64,000 bases of DNA from Acidimicrobiales bacterium (GCA_965200005.1 OZ241331.1:763862-827861); one strand, 5' to 3'. Positions 38,340 to 46,761 are shown, counted from the first letter of the stretch. Translations and numbers: made by a program. Notes: generated by a model from the sequence alone, not told the origin.

Positions 38340-39782
38340 CTAGAGGTTGCAGATTTCGTCGGGCTCCACAGCAGGGAACGATTGCACAATCCTTTGTGAG
38401 CCGTCGTCTTGGATCTCGGCAATGTAGATCGGCTGTGTGAGGTGTCTGCTATCGCTGATCGCTATGTCACCCGTTGGTGTCGACAACTCAAGGCCTTTCA
38501 TAGCCTCAACCACCGCCGCTGTGTCAGTCGATCCAGCAGCATTAGCAGCCGCTGCATAGAGCATTGCAGCGTCATAGATGTGTGAACTGAATGTTGCATG
38601 CGGCGCAGCATCGGCACCGAATCTCTCGGCGTAGCGCGCTACGAACTCAGTGTTGAGTGAGTTCTCTACCTCCTTGAAATACCCAAGCGTGACTCGCATT
38701 CCAGCAGTCACCGCAGGCCCCACTGCCGCGAGCACGTTCTCCTCATAGATGTTGGCGAGCCTTGGGATGGCAGCCTGGCCAATCCCGAAGTCGACTGCCT
38801 GAGTTTCGAACGCAATCGCGTCACCACCAACAAGCGCCGGGAAGATCAGATCCGCTCCCGCACCCGCAATCTGCTGTGCGACTGATGAGAAGTCCTGAGT
38901 TCCAAGCGGTACATACTCTTCGCCGACAACCTCGCCGCCCGAAGCTTCGATGTACTCACGTGCCAGCTCAAAGCTGCGCCGTGGCCAGACATAGTCATTA
39001 CCGAGCAGGAACCATTTGCTGCCTCCGGTCTCCTCCATCATCCAGGTGATTGCCGGCTTGAGTTGCTGGCTCGGCACTTCACCGGTATTGAACATGACCT
39101 CCGAACACTCACCGCCTTCATAGAGTGCCGCATATATGTAGAGGACACCTGCTGCTTCAGCGAGTGGTCTGGCAGCTTCCCGAGTCGCGCTCGAATGCGT
39201 TCCGAGGACGACATCCACGCCATCGGAGTCGAGTAGTTGTTCCATCGCTTGCCGTCCGACCTCGGGATCTGTGGCGTCATCGGCCAGATAGATCTCGACA
39301 CTGCGTCCGTTGATACCGCCACTCGCCTCAATGTCTTCGACGATCAGTTCCGTCACATTGGCAACGGGTGGTCCGAATACACCAGCAGGGCCGCTATTGG
39401 AGAACAAGATCCCGATCCGCACAGGATCCATCTCTTCTGGGGCGGCTGTGGTGGCGTCCTCGGTGGGTTCGGGCGCGGTCTCCATGTCTTCTTCAGCCAT
39501 CGAATCGCCGTCCGAGTCCATGTCAGCTGCCGAGTCATCGTCAGCAGTAGCGGACTCGGCGTCGTCGGCCATGCCCGAGTCGGTTTCGGCTGTCGGCTCC
39601 GATGCAGTGTCTGTTGATGATGTTGACTCATCGTCTGCCGTGTCGGAGCTGTCGTCATCACCGCAGCCCGCAGCGACAAGCGCGAAGCAGGCCAGTAACG
39701 CCAGCAACCACACCGATGGTCGCCGCGAGAGTCGTGGTCTCGAAGCGCTTCGGTGACGTTGGAACAGATATCGCTGTGACAT
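38340..39782 (-). CDS. AmiC/FmdD-like (type I PBP) amide/urea-type substrate-binding lipoprotein
   Basis: Lipobox LVAAGCGDD and an acidic linker. The body has IGILFSNSGPAG, YEGGECS and GNDYVWPRRS blocks that I recognise from Pseudomonas AmiC (YEGFEYS, GSDYIYPRESN). Confidence 0.7.
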   Translation of the reverse strand: MSQRYLFQRHRSASRPRLSRRPSVWLLALLACFALVAAGCGDDDSSDTADDESTSSTDTASEPTAETDSGMADDAESATADDDSAADMDSDGDSMAEEDMETAPEPTEDATTAAPEEMDPVRIGILFSNSGPAGVFGPPVANVTELIVEDIEASGGINGRSVEIYLADDATDPEVGRQAMEQLLDSDGVDVVLGTHSSATREAARPLAEAAGVLYIYAALYEGGECSEVMFNTGEVPSQQLKPAITWMMEETGGSKWFLLGNDYVWPRRSFELAREYIEASGGEVVGEEYVPLGTQDFSSVAQQIAGAGADLIFPALVGGDAIAFETQAVDFGIGQAAIPRLANIYEENVLAAVGPAVTAGMRVTLGYFKEVENSLNTEFVARYAERFGADAAPHATFSSHIYDAAMLYAAAANAAGSTDTAAVVEAMKGLELSTPTGDIAISDSRHLTQPIYIAEIQDDGSQRIVQSFPAVEPDEICNL

Positions 39783-39868
39783 GAACCTAACCTCCAGGAC
39801 GATATGTCATCATGTAGCGATATATTGTTGCATCGCTGGGGCCGTGTCAAGCCTCTCGGCTCCGGTCA

Positions 39869-41302
39869 CTACGAAGCCAGCGACACCCCCGGAAGTTGAT
39901 CGAGGATCGATACTCCTTGAGGTTGAGCCTCGCCCAGTAGCAGACTCTGCTCTCCTGATCCGCCCCGCAACCGTGGACCACGGAAGGTCACTCGACGAAG
40001 CCCCTCAATAACGGCACTGGCGTGACATCCTCGAGACCGGCGACAAGCTAAGGCCCAGGTGTGTAGCGCCTCATAGACACCCTCAGCACCGGCCGATACC
40101 GGTGGGGAGCAGTCCCCGAAACGCGCCCGATAGCGCGCCAGAAAGTCTCGATTAGCACGAGTATCAAGCCCTTCGAAATAGCCGAGCACGTTCCAGATGC
40201 CCTCGGCGTCCGCGCCTAGATGTTCAACCACAGCATCATCAAGCAGTGGGGCAAAGGTTCGGGTTGTTTCACGTAGGCCGCTAGCTACGAACTGGCGCTC
40301 GAAACGGATGTGGTCTTGACCGATGAAGCTTGAGATCACGAAGTCGGCGCCTGAGTTGGAGATGGCGTCAAGGAGCGGCTCGAACTGCGTGGAACCCACC
40401 GGCAGATATCCCTCGCCTGCGACTTGCTGACCCAGTCGCTGCACAATTGCTTTAGCGGTGCTGCCGATGGCACGTGGCCAGGAGTAGTCGTTCCCCGTCA
40501 GGAACCAGCGGCTTCCATCCATCTTGGCCGCCATGCGTGGCACTGCCAGACGCAGTTGATCTGACGGTGTCTCGCCAAAGCACACGAGCAACGGATGTTG
40601 CGGCTGGAGTTCGCTGGCCGGCGTGTACAGGTAGGGCACGCCGGCGGTGACTGCCTGAGGCGCGGTCGCCGCATAGGTCGCCGAGGAATGCATGCCGATT
40701 ACAGCGCTGAGACGTTCGGTGCGCAGCAAGCGCCTCATCGCAAGCGCTCCAACAGCAGGAATCGTTGCGTCATCGGCGACCACAAGTCGCACCTGGTGTC
40801 CGGCTACTCCTCCTTCAGCGTTGACTTCATCAACAGCCAGTTGTGCGCAGTTAACAGTCGAACGTCCCAACACTTCTGAAGGTCCCGACAGCGAAGTCAA
40901 AAGTCCGACAGAAACCTCTCCCCGAGCACTTGCTGGTCGAACTAGACCGAGTTCTTCAGCTAGTCGCTCGATCTCTCGCTCATTGATCGTGGCAGTCACC
41001 GTCACCCGGGTGCCACCTGATCGCAGGGGCTTGAACTTGCAGGCAACGCGTCCAAACCAGGGCGTCTCATTAATGAGATCGATTCGACGGTAGGGACTCG
41101 CGGCCGCGATTCGCGCAATGCCTTGCACGCCCGAGAGACCACCCACAGGCAGACTCAACCGCACTAGTCGGCCAGGCTTCAGGCTCGCGGTTTCACAACC
41201 GAACAGCCAGCCGTTAGCCGGATCGCCGGAACCGAATCGCGAGAAGGCATCGACCGGGGTGGCGGCAACACGGATCTGACCACCAAGTACCAGTTCGCCC
41301 AC
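39869..41302 (-). CDS. Cytoplasmic fusion: SRPBCC (START/Aha1-like) domain + AmiC-like type I ligand-binding domain
   Basis: 477 aa with no signal peptide. The N-terminal ~120 aa are SRPBCC-like (IRVAATPVDAFSRF...GGTRVTVTATINE). The rest has VGLLTSLSGPS..., GNDYSWPR and the AmiC-like layout. Confidence 0.55.
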   Translation of the reverse strand: MGELVLGGQIRVAATPVDAFSRFGSGDPANGWLFGCETASLKPGRLVRLSLPVGGLSGVQGIARIAAASPYRRIDLINETPWFGRVACKFKPLRSGGTRVTVTATINEREIERLAEELGLVRPASARGEVSVGLLTSLSGPSEVLGRSTVNCAQLAVDEVNAEGGVAGHQVRLVVADDATIPAVGALAMRRLLRTERLSAVIGMHSSATYAATAPQAVTAGVPYLYTPASELQPQHPLLVCFGETPSDQLRLAVPRMAAKMDGSRWFLTGNDYSWPRAIGSTAKAIVQRLGQQVAGEGYLPVGSTQFEPLLDAISNSGADFVISSFIGQDHIRFERQFVASGLRETTRTFAPLLDDAVVEHLGADAEGIWNVLGYFEGLDTRANRDFLARYRARFGDCSPPVSAGAEGVYEALHTWALACRRSRGCHASAVIEGLRRVTFRGPRLRGGSGEQSLLLGEAQPQGVSILDQLPGVSLAS

Positions 41303-41307
41303 AGTGT

Positions 41308-41658
41308 TCAGCCCACTTCGGTGCCCGAGGCGTTACTGCCTGGCGTGTCGGATCCCACAGCGTCAGCAAGGCCTGTGAGCGATCTTCGATACACAGAGTT
41401 GAGGAACGAAACGACCGTGTCGATCGGGCTCTCCGTTACTGAATACAGCCGATATCGACCCTCACGACGTTCAACCACAAGCCCAGCAAGCCGCAACACT
41501 CGAAGGTGGCCCGAAATGGCTGAGCGCCCCACCATCTGGCAACGTTCGACAATTTCACCAACAGTGAGTTCACCATCAGCACCGATGACACTGAGAATGG
41601 CTCGCCGGGTCGGATCTGCCAATGCCGAAAAGATGGCGTCACTACGTGGGTCGGCCAT
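41308..41658 (-). CDS. ArsR/SmtB-family transcriptional regulator
   Basis: 116 aa with the winged HTH LADPTRRAILSVIG...ELTVGEIVERCQMVGRSAISGHLRVLRLAGLV. Its stop is 5 nt before the SRPBCC-AmiC-like gene. Confidence 0.8.
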   Translation of the reverse strand: MADPRSDAIFSALADPTRRAILSVIGADGELTVGEIVERCQMVGRSAISGHLRVLRLAGLVVERREGRYRLYSVTESPIDTVVSFLNSVYRRSLTGLADAVGSDTPGSNASGTEVG

Positions 41659-41741
41659 GACACCACCATAGTCTCACGCCACTAGTTGTTTACCTATATT
41701 TATACACCATGTGTGACTTTTTGCGTAAAGAGCGTTGAGTT

Positions 41742-43844
41742 TCAGTCATCGGCGTAGGCGGCAAGCACACGGGCGAGCAATCCGTGCGGCAGAGGCTGGT
41801 AGTCGTAGTGCTCGGCGTGGAAAGTGCCTGTGCCGCCGGTCATTGAACGCAGGTCGATTACATAAGAGAGAATCTCCGATGTGGGGACATGCGCTTGGAT
41901 AACACTGGTTCCTTGAGCGGAGCCTGGCTCGGTTCCAAACACCTGACCTCGGCGTGAATTGAGATCACCGAGGATGTCACCCTGATAGGCATCGGGCACC
42001 TCTACCTGAATCTCACTGATTGGCTCAAGCACCGCGCTGCCAGCTTGTTCGACGGCGCGCTTCAGCGCAATTGAGCCGGCGATCTTGAAGCTCATTTCTG
42101 AGGAATCAACAGAGTGATGTTTGCCGTCATAGCAAACTGCACGCAGATCGACCATCGGGAACCCGTACTTGCCGCCATTGCCCATCGCTTCTTCAATACC
42201 AGCGCTAACTGCGGGGATCAGGTTGCGAGGAATAGCGCCGCCGGTCACCTCGGTGTCGAACTCGTAACCTGAACCCCGCGCCATCGGCTCAAAGCGCACG
42301 AGCGCTACCGCGAATTGCCCGTGGCCGCCGCTTTGTTTCTTGTGTTTCGCTTCTACATCGGCCTTGCGGGCAAGGGTTTCGAGATACGCGACCTTGACAT
42401 CTTCGACTTCGTAGCTAATGCCCATGCGCTCAAGGCGGGATCGCACAACCCGTAGGTGAGCCTCGCCGCCACCCGACAACACTGTCTGGCGGGTAGTCGC
42501 ATCCTGACGCACCACCAGACTTGGGTCTTCGGTAGCGAAGCGCCGCAGCGCTGATGCCAGCTTGTCTTCCTGTGCAGGCGCAGATGCGTGGATCGCTACT
42601 CCATATACGGGTGCGGGTGGTGGGGTGATCGACACTTTGAGTGCCGACTCGAGCGCCAGGGTGTCCCCGGTCTTGACATCTCCGAGTTTGGTGGCCGCAA
42701 CGATGCTGCCTGCTTTGGCCTGAGATTTGCTGTGATGCTCTGCCCCGGTGAAGGTCATCAGGTTGTGGAGCCGCTCTTTGTTGGCTGTGCGAGTGTTGAT
42801 GAGGGTGTCGTTCGAGTGGATCGTGCCAGCGAGCACCTTAAGGAAGGAGATCTGCCCGAGGAAGTCATCGACACGTGTCTTGAAGACAACCGCAACAGCA
42901 TTAGCAGCAGGATCCATGTCGATCTCGACTAACTCACCAGCCCGCACTGCTTCATTGGGGCTGCGGTCTGTTGGTTGAGGCCCCACTTCACAAAGGAAAT
43001 CAAGCAACCGGTCGACGCCAATTGGGGTTGCAGCAGACCCGCACAGCACCGGGATCACACCGCGTTGTAAGACCGAGTCATGCAGCAGTCGGCTCAGTTG
43101 CTCGGCGGTTGGCTCGACACCTTCGAGATATTGCTCAAGGAGATCATCGTCGTTCTCTACCGCATCCTCGACGATTAGTTCGCGGCCTTCAGCAGCAGCG
43201 TCAGCGACATCATCGGGAATTGCGGCTGGTTTCGGGGAGCCGCTTGAATAATCATGGGCAGAGTCATCAAGAAGGTCAACAATCCCGTGAAAGTTCGACT
43301 CGGAACCCATAGGTAGACCGACTGCTCGCAGCTGTGAACCGAAGCGCTCTTGAAGTTCGCCGAGTGTGCGATCAAATGATGAACGATCCCGGTCGAGGCC
43401 GTTGATGAACACCATCGACGGCAGGTTGAGACGTTCGGCGTGGCGCCACATGACCTGGTCTTGAGCCTGCGGACCAGAAACTCCATCAATCACAAAGATC
43501 GCAAGGTCGGCAGCGTGAAGACCGTTGACTGCATCTCCTACAAAATCGGTGTATCCGGGGGTGTCGGCAAGGTTGATCGTGTGGTTGTTCCAATCGAAGG
43601 TCGCCATTGCCAGTGCCACACTCTGTGAGCGGGCCTTCTCTTCGGGATCAAAGTCGAGTCGTGTACTTCCATCTGGTACTCGGCCCATCCGGTTTGTGAC
43701 GCCAGCCCGGAACAGCATCGCTTCTGCCAATGTGGTCTTGCCATTGCCGTTATGACCCACAAGGGCGACGTTTCTGATCGGTTGCGACACGTGTGAGAAC
43801 CCTCCGTCTTCTGCAAGCGCGCGAGCGGCTGCGGCCAGCACCAT
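41742..43844 (-). CDS. Elongation factor G paralogue (EF-G2-like)
   Basis: 700 aa with G1 GHNGNGKTT, G3 DTPG and five-domain EF-G length. The G4 motif reads NGLD rather than the canonical NKxD. Confidence 0.85.
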   Translation of the reverse strand: MVLAAAARALAEDGGFSHVSQPIRNVALVGHNGNGKTTLAEAMLFRAGVTNRMGRVPDGSTRLDFDPEEKARSQSVALAMATFDWNNHTINLADTPGYTDFVGDAVNGLHAADLAIFVIDGVSGPQAQDQVMWRHAERLNLPSMVFINGLDRDRSSFDRTLGELQERFGSQLRAVGLPMGSESNFHGIVDLLDDSAHDYSSGSPKPAAIPDDVADAAAEGRELIVEDAVENDDDLLEQYLEGVEPTAEQLSRLLHDSVLQRGVIPVLCGSAATPIGVDRLLDFLCEVGPQPTDRSPNEAVRAGELVEIDMDPAANAVAVVFKTRVDDFLGQISFLKVLAGTIHSNDTLINTRTANKERLHNLMTFTGAEHHSKSQAKAGSIVAATKLGDVKTGDTLALESALKVSITPPPAPVYGVAIHASAPAQEDKLASALRRFATEDPSLVVRQDATTRQTVLSGGGEAHLRVVRSRLERMGISYEVEDVKVAYLETLARKADVEAKHKKQSGGHGQFAVALVRFEPMARGSGYEFDTEVTGGAIPRNLIPAVSAGIEEAMGNGGKYGFPMVDLRAVCYDGKHHSVDSSEMSFKIAGSIALKRAVEQAGSAVLEPISEIQVEVPDAYQGDILGDLNSRRGQVFGTEPGSAQGTSVIQAHVPTSEILSYVIDLRSMTGGTGTFHAEHYDYQPLPHGLLARVLAAYADD

Positions 43845-43946
43845 GACACTAACGGCGCGCCACCTCTACCCGCTAACGCTCAACCACCCGCTGATCACTT
43901 CGTTGCGCGGGCTCAATACTTAGTACGTCCTCCGATTGGACACTTG

Positions 43947-44540
43947 TCAGTTGGGTGCTTCGATACCGCCGAAGCGTTCGGCGAGCTGTTCGTGTCGGAT
44001 CTTTTTGATGGCGTTGCTCCGTGAGTCAACTTCAAGCTTCAGGTAGAGGCCTTGCATCCTGCGACGAACGGTGCGATCGCTGTAGTGCAGGTCGGCTCCA
44101 ATCTGTCGGATCGTCTGACCTTGAGATAGCGCCACCAACAATGTTCGCTCATCGGACGTGAAGGGCTCGGTTTCACTGTCGGGCAGCGATCCCAAGGCAA
44201 GGAATTGCGCAAGCTTTATGGGTAGCAGCGCCTCGCCGTGTGCCGCTGCTTCAGCGGCTGCGTACACGAGTTCGCTAGAGGTAGCGACGTGGGCAACGCC
44301 CGCCCCCGCCGCTAATGCTCGCACAAAGCCTGATCGGTCGAACTTCGGCAACACCACTACAACCGGACACGAGCCGACACTCTCCAGTGTGTCCCAGTCC
44401 CTCTCTGTCTCGCAGTACACGAGCACAACATCTACATCGGCCATGTCATCAGGCGACACGACAGTCGAGCCGTGAGATTCAATCCGCGCCGTTACGGCTT
44501 CGCGATACATGATCGGGCCACCGATGATGCCAACGCGCAC
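43947..44540 (-). CDS. LuxR/NarL-type regulator with a degenerate (non-phosphorylatable) receiver-like domain
   Basis: C-terminal HTH: ERTLLVALSQGQTIRQIGADLHYSDRTVRRRMQGLYLKLEV. The N-terminal receiver-like fold has GG where the acidic DD pair sits (IIGGPIMYRE) and Y where the phospho-acceptor Asp sits (VDVVLVYCE). Confidence 0.7.
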   Translation of the reverse strand: MRVGIIGGPIMYREAVTARIESHGSTVVSPDDMADVDVVLVYCETERDWDTLESVGSCPVVVVLPKFDRSGFVRALAAGAGVAHVATSSELVYAAAEAAAHGEALLPIKLAQFLALGSLPDSETEPFTSDERTLLVALSQGQTIRQIGADLHYSDRTVRRRMQGLYLKLEVDSRSNAIKKIRHEQLAERFGGIEAPN

Positions 44541-44559
44541 GGTTCCTGAGCCTAGGCAG

Positions 44560-44598
44560 TGGCCGTTTCGTGGCCGCCAGATGGCCGCTTTTTGGCCG
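44560..44598. promoter_or_regulatory. Four TGGCCG direct repeats with exact 11-bp phasing (candidate regulator binding array)
   Basis: TGGCCG occurs at 44560, 44571, 44582 and 44593, in the divergent LuxR / small-ORF intergenic region. The array ends 9 nt upstream of a TTGACA -35-like hexamer. Confidence 0.5.
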
Positions 44599-44607
44599 CA
44601 TAACCCG

Positions 44608-44637
44608 TTGACATCCCCACCGCCTCCCCATTACCAA
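44608..44637 (+). promoter_or_regulatory. Candidate promoter of the small-secreted-protein operon
   Basis: TTGACA (44608-44613), a 17-18 nt spacer, then TTACCA/TACCAA (44631-44637). SD AAAGGAG (44662-44668) lies 8 nt before ATG 44677. Confidence 0.3.
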
Positions 44638-44676
44638 TGAGATCAAGCACAAGCTACTCCGAAAGGAGCAACCCAA

Positions 44677-45009
44677 ATGAAAGGCAAATCCCACCATCAA
44701 ACGACTCGACTCAGAGCAGTCTTGGTGACATTGCTTCTCACTGTGACATTGGTCAGTCCCTCAACAGTTACAGCATCGACCAACGAGTGCTGATACTGGG
44801 AAGGCTACACCACCTCATATGCATACACATCCGACACAGCCGGTGGGTGTGGTGGCATTGGGGCCAAGGCGCTGTTCGTTTCCGATTGGGGAACCGGGGA
44901 GACACCATGGGTTTGGAATCACAATGGACCCGGCATGCCACTGTATGTTCAGGCAAGCGTCGGTGCGTATCAGACCGTTTATCAGGGAAGATCAGCGGGC
45001 TACGGGTGA
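44677..45009 (+). CDS. Small secreted protein ORF (110 codons) interrupted by one in-frame TGA (recoding candidate or nonsense pseudogene)
   Basis: Not in the ORF track. After a strong SD comes MKGKSHHQTTRLRAVLVTLLLTVTLVSPSTVTA|STNEC, then TGA (44791-44793), then 71 further sense codons in the same frame (YWEGYTTSYAYTSDTAGGCGGIGAKALFVSDWGTGETPWVWNHNGPGMPLYVQASVGAYQTVYQGRSAGYG). The terminal TGA overlaps the GTG of the next gene (GTGA). Confidence 0.5.
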
Positions 45010-45674
45010 AGTTACTCCGTCAGCCAGTCGCCCTTCGCTCAATTGTCTCCGTCGTTCTCGCGATAGGCACTCTGGCCTGCAGCGAAGCGGTTACAGACTC
45101 TGAGAGCATTGCCGACCTGACAGGGGCTGTATCGGATGCTGGTTCGAATTCAGATTTGGTTGGTACTGGCGATGATCTACTGGAGCGACTGGAGTCTCAC
45201 TTTCCGGACGGCATGTCACGAAAGCAAGTTGAGATATTGAGCGATGACGCCGTGACGCTCCGTGAGTATCAAGATGCGTTCGACATATACCATCAGTGTG
45301 TTCGCGATGGCGGATACGACTTTCGGAATCTCAAGGCAGATCCCAATACCGGCGAGTACAATTACGGAATCCCGACTCAGGCCGATCATGTTGTCGAACC
45401 CTGCTACGAAACACACTTCAAGTTCGTCGACATGATCTTCCAGAGCAATCCGGCCATTACAGAGCAACGCAATCAGCAGTTTGCTCATCAGTGGCAGCAC
45501 CAGATACATCCGTGCCTTGAGGCACATGGAATACAGGGTTCTCCAACCTCATTGCGCATGGACGAGATGGAAGTCGGCTCAACTGACGTGAAGTTGTTTG
45601 AGCAGTTTCTCGTACTGCTGCAGGCAGGTGAGTGTGACGAGTTCCCGTGGAGTCTGAATGACTTCACAGGGTGA
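45006..45674 (+). CDS. Hypothetical lipoprotein
   Basis: GTG 45006 gives VKLLRQPVALRSIVSVVLAIGTLACSE, a signal peptide plus lipobox-like TLAC. The mature part has 4 Cys and no motif I recognise. The ORF-track 44637 start is an over-extension. Confidence 0.55.
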   Translation: MKLLRQPVALRSIVSVVLAIGTLACSEAVTDSESIADLTGAVSDAGSNSDLVGTGDDLLERLESHFPDGMSRKQVEILSDDAVTLREYQDAFDIYHQCVRDGGYDFRNLKADPNTGEYNYGIPTQADHVVEPCYETHFKFVDMIFQSNPAITEQRNQQFAHQWQHQIHPCLEAHGIQGSPTSLRMDEMEVGSTDVKLFEQFLVLLQAGECDEFPWSLNDFTG

Positions 45675-46761
45675 TTCGCTCACTCGTCGTAAGGCTTCTG
45701 GTGCGGTATTACTTGCTGCGTTCGCAGCGGGAGCGGTGATTGGGGCGATTGTGCTACAGGCTTTCCGAGATGGAATGTCGCCTGTTCGGGAAGTTGCCGA
45801 GGTTTCTGAACCTGTTCTCGCCCTGATTGGCGAGGATACCTCGGAGGAGCGACAACTTGCTCGAGCAACAACTCGTTGGGGTGATGTTCCCTCAGTACAT
45901 AGTGGGCCAATTTCAGGCCGTGTGACCGCACCAGTTTCACACGAACCCATAACCGCTGGTGTGACAGTCGTTGAAGTCGACGGCATTGCACGACCAGCCC
46001 TCGTGTCCGCGAGTCCGCTCTGGCGAGATCTTGAAGTGGGATTGCGAGGGTCAGATGTTGCTGCGGCCGCCGAGTTGCTTGAGACCCTGGAGTTCGGCGA
46101 GTCGTTGCACGGCAGCGACAGGGTGAACAGCGACTTCACCGAAGCGGTCAAGCGCTTTGAGACAGCCTACGGATGGGAACCGACGGGGGTCTTTCGACCC
46201 GATTACGTGGTCTGGGTGCCAGTCGGTCCAATAAATCCTGACAATGTCGACGCAGGCGTCGGAACACTCCTAGAACCAGAGACAGTTCTGTTTACGGGGA
46301 CTGCACCTCTGTTGGGAGCTCGCCTAGAGAGCGCAAGCCCAGGTGGATCACTAACGCCCTATGGGGAAGACGCAGTGTTTGAAATCCCGGACGAAATAGT
46401 AGTTCCTGTTAGCAGTGAGCTCAGGGTTGACTCTCCAGAAGCACTGGAGAGTCTAGCGAACTACATTCTCGCTAACCCATCGACCGCACCTCTATTGCCG
46501 GCTGGTGCGACAATGGGTGCTGGCGGTTCTGATCCGACATTTGGGGTTGTGAGGCTTGCTACACCCCGCATTACACAAACTGTGCCGACATCGTCAATCA
46601 TTGTGTCCGCTGACGGCAAGACATGTGTAATGGATGAGACGGAACACGTGCATCATGTCACAGTCACTGGCGGTCTTGGTGGTGTTACTGAGATCGCTCC
46701 GACACTTGACCTCGCACTGCGAATCATCGCTAATCCCGGCACTAACCAAGACTCATGTTGA
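45658..46761 (+). CDS. Membrane-anchored peptidoglycan-binding / periplasmic-adaptor-like protein
   Basis: N-terminal TM AVLLAAFAAGAVIGAIVL and a PG_binding_1-like segment (AAAELLETLEFGESLHGSDRVNSDFTEAVKRFETAYGWEPTGVF). It sits immediately upstream of an ABC ATPase plus FtsX permease, as MacA/HlyD-like adaptors do. Confidence 0.5.
   Translation: MTSQGDSLTRRKASGAVLLAAFAAGAVIGAIVLQAFRDGMSPVREVAEVSEPVLALIGEDTSEERQLARATTRWGDVPSVHSGPISGRVTAPVSHEPITAGVTVVEVDGIARPALVSASPLWRDLEVGLRGSDVAAAAELLETLEFGESLHGSDRVNSDFTEAVKRFETAYGWEPTGVFRPDYVVWVPVGPINPDNVDAGVGTLLEPETVLFTGTAPLLGARLESASPGGSLTPYGEDAVFEIPDEIVVPVSSELRVDSPEALESLANYILANPSTAPLLPAGATMGAGGSDPTFGVVRLATPRITQTVPTSSIIVSADGKTCVMDETEHVHHVTVTGGLGGVTEIAPTLDLALRIIANPGTNQDSC

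Noticed and set aside
44794-44860. Selenocysteine insertion (SECIS) as the firm explanation for the in-frame TGA
   Set aside because: I could fold only an imperfect, bulged helix with a large loop. No sel genes or tRNA-Sec are in the window, and TGA is an ordinary stop elsewhere here. It stays listed as one possibility in the findings but is not asserted.
44637-45674. The 345-aa ORF in the track, taken as a single gene
   Set aside because: Its first ~123 residues are R/S/C/H/W-rich and unlike a real protein, with no SD. The overlapping frame has a strong SD plus a signal peptide (44677). The genuine lipoprotein signal begins at GTG 45006, coupled to that frame's stop. I split it into 44677-45009 and 45006-45674.
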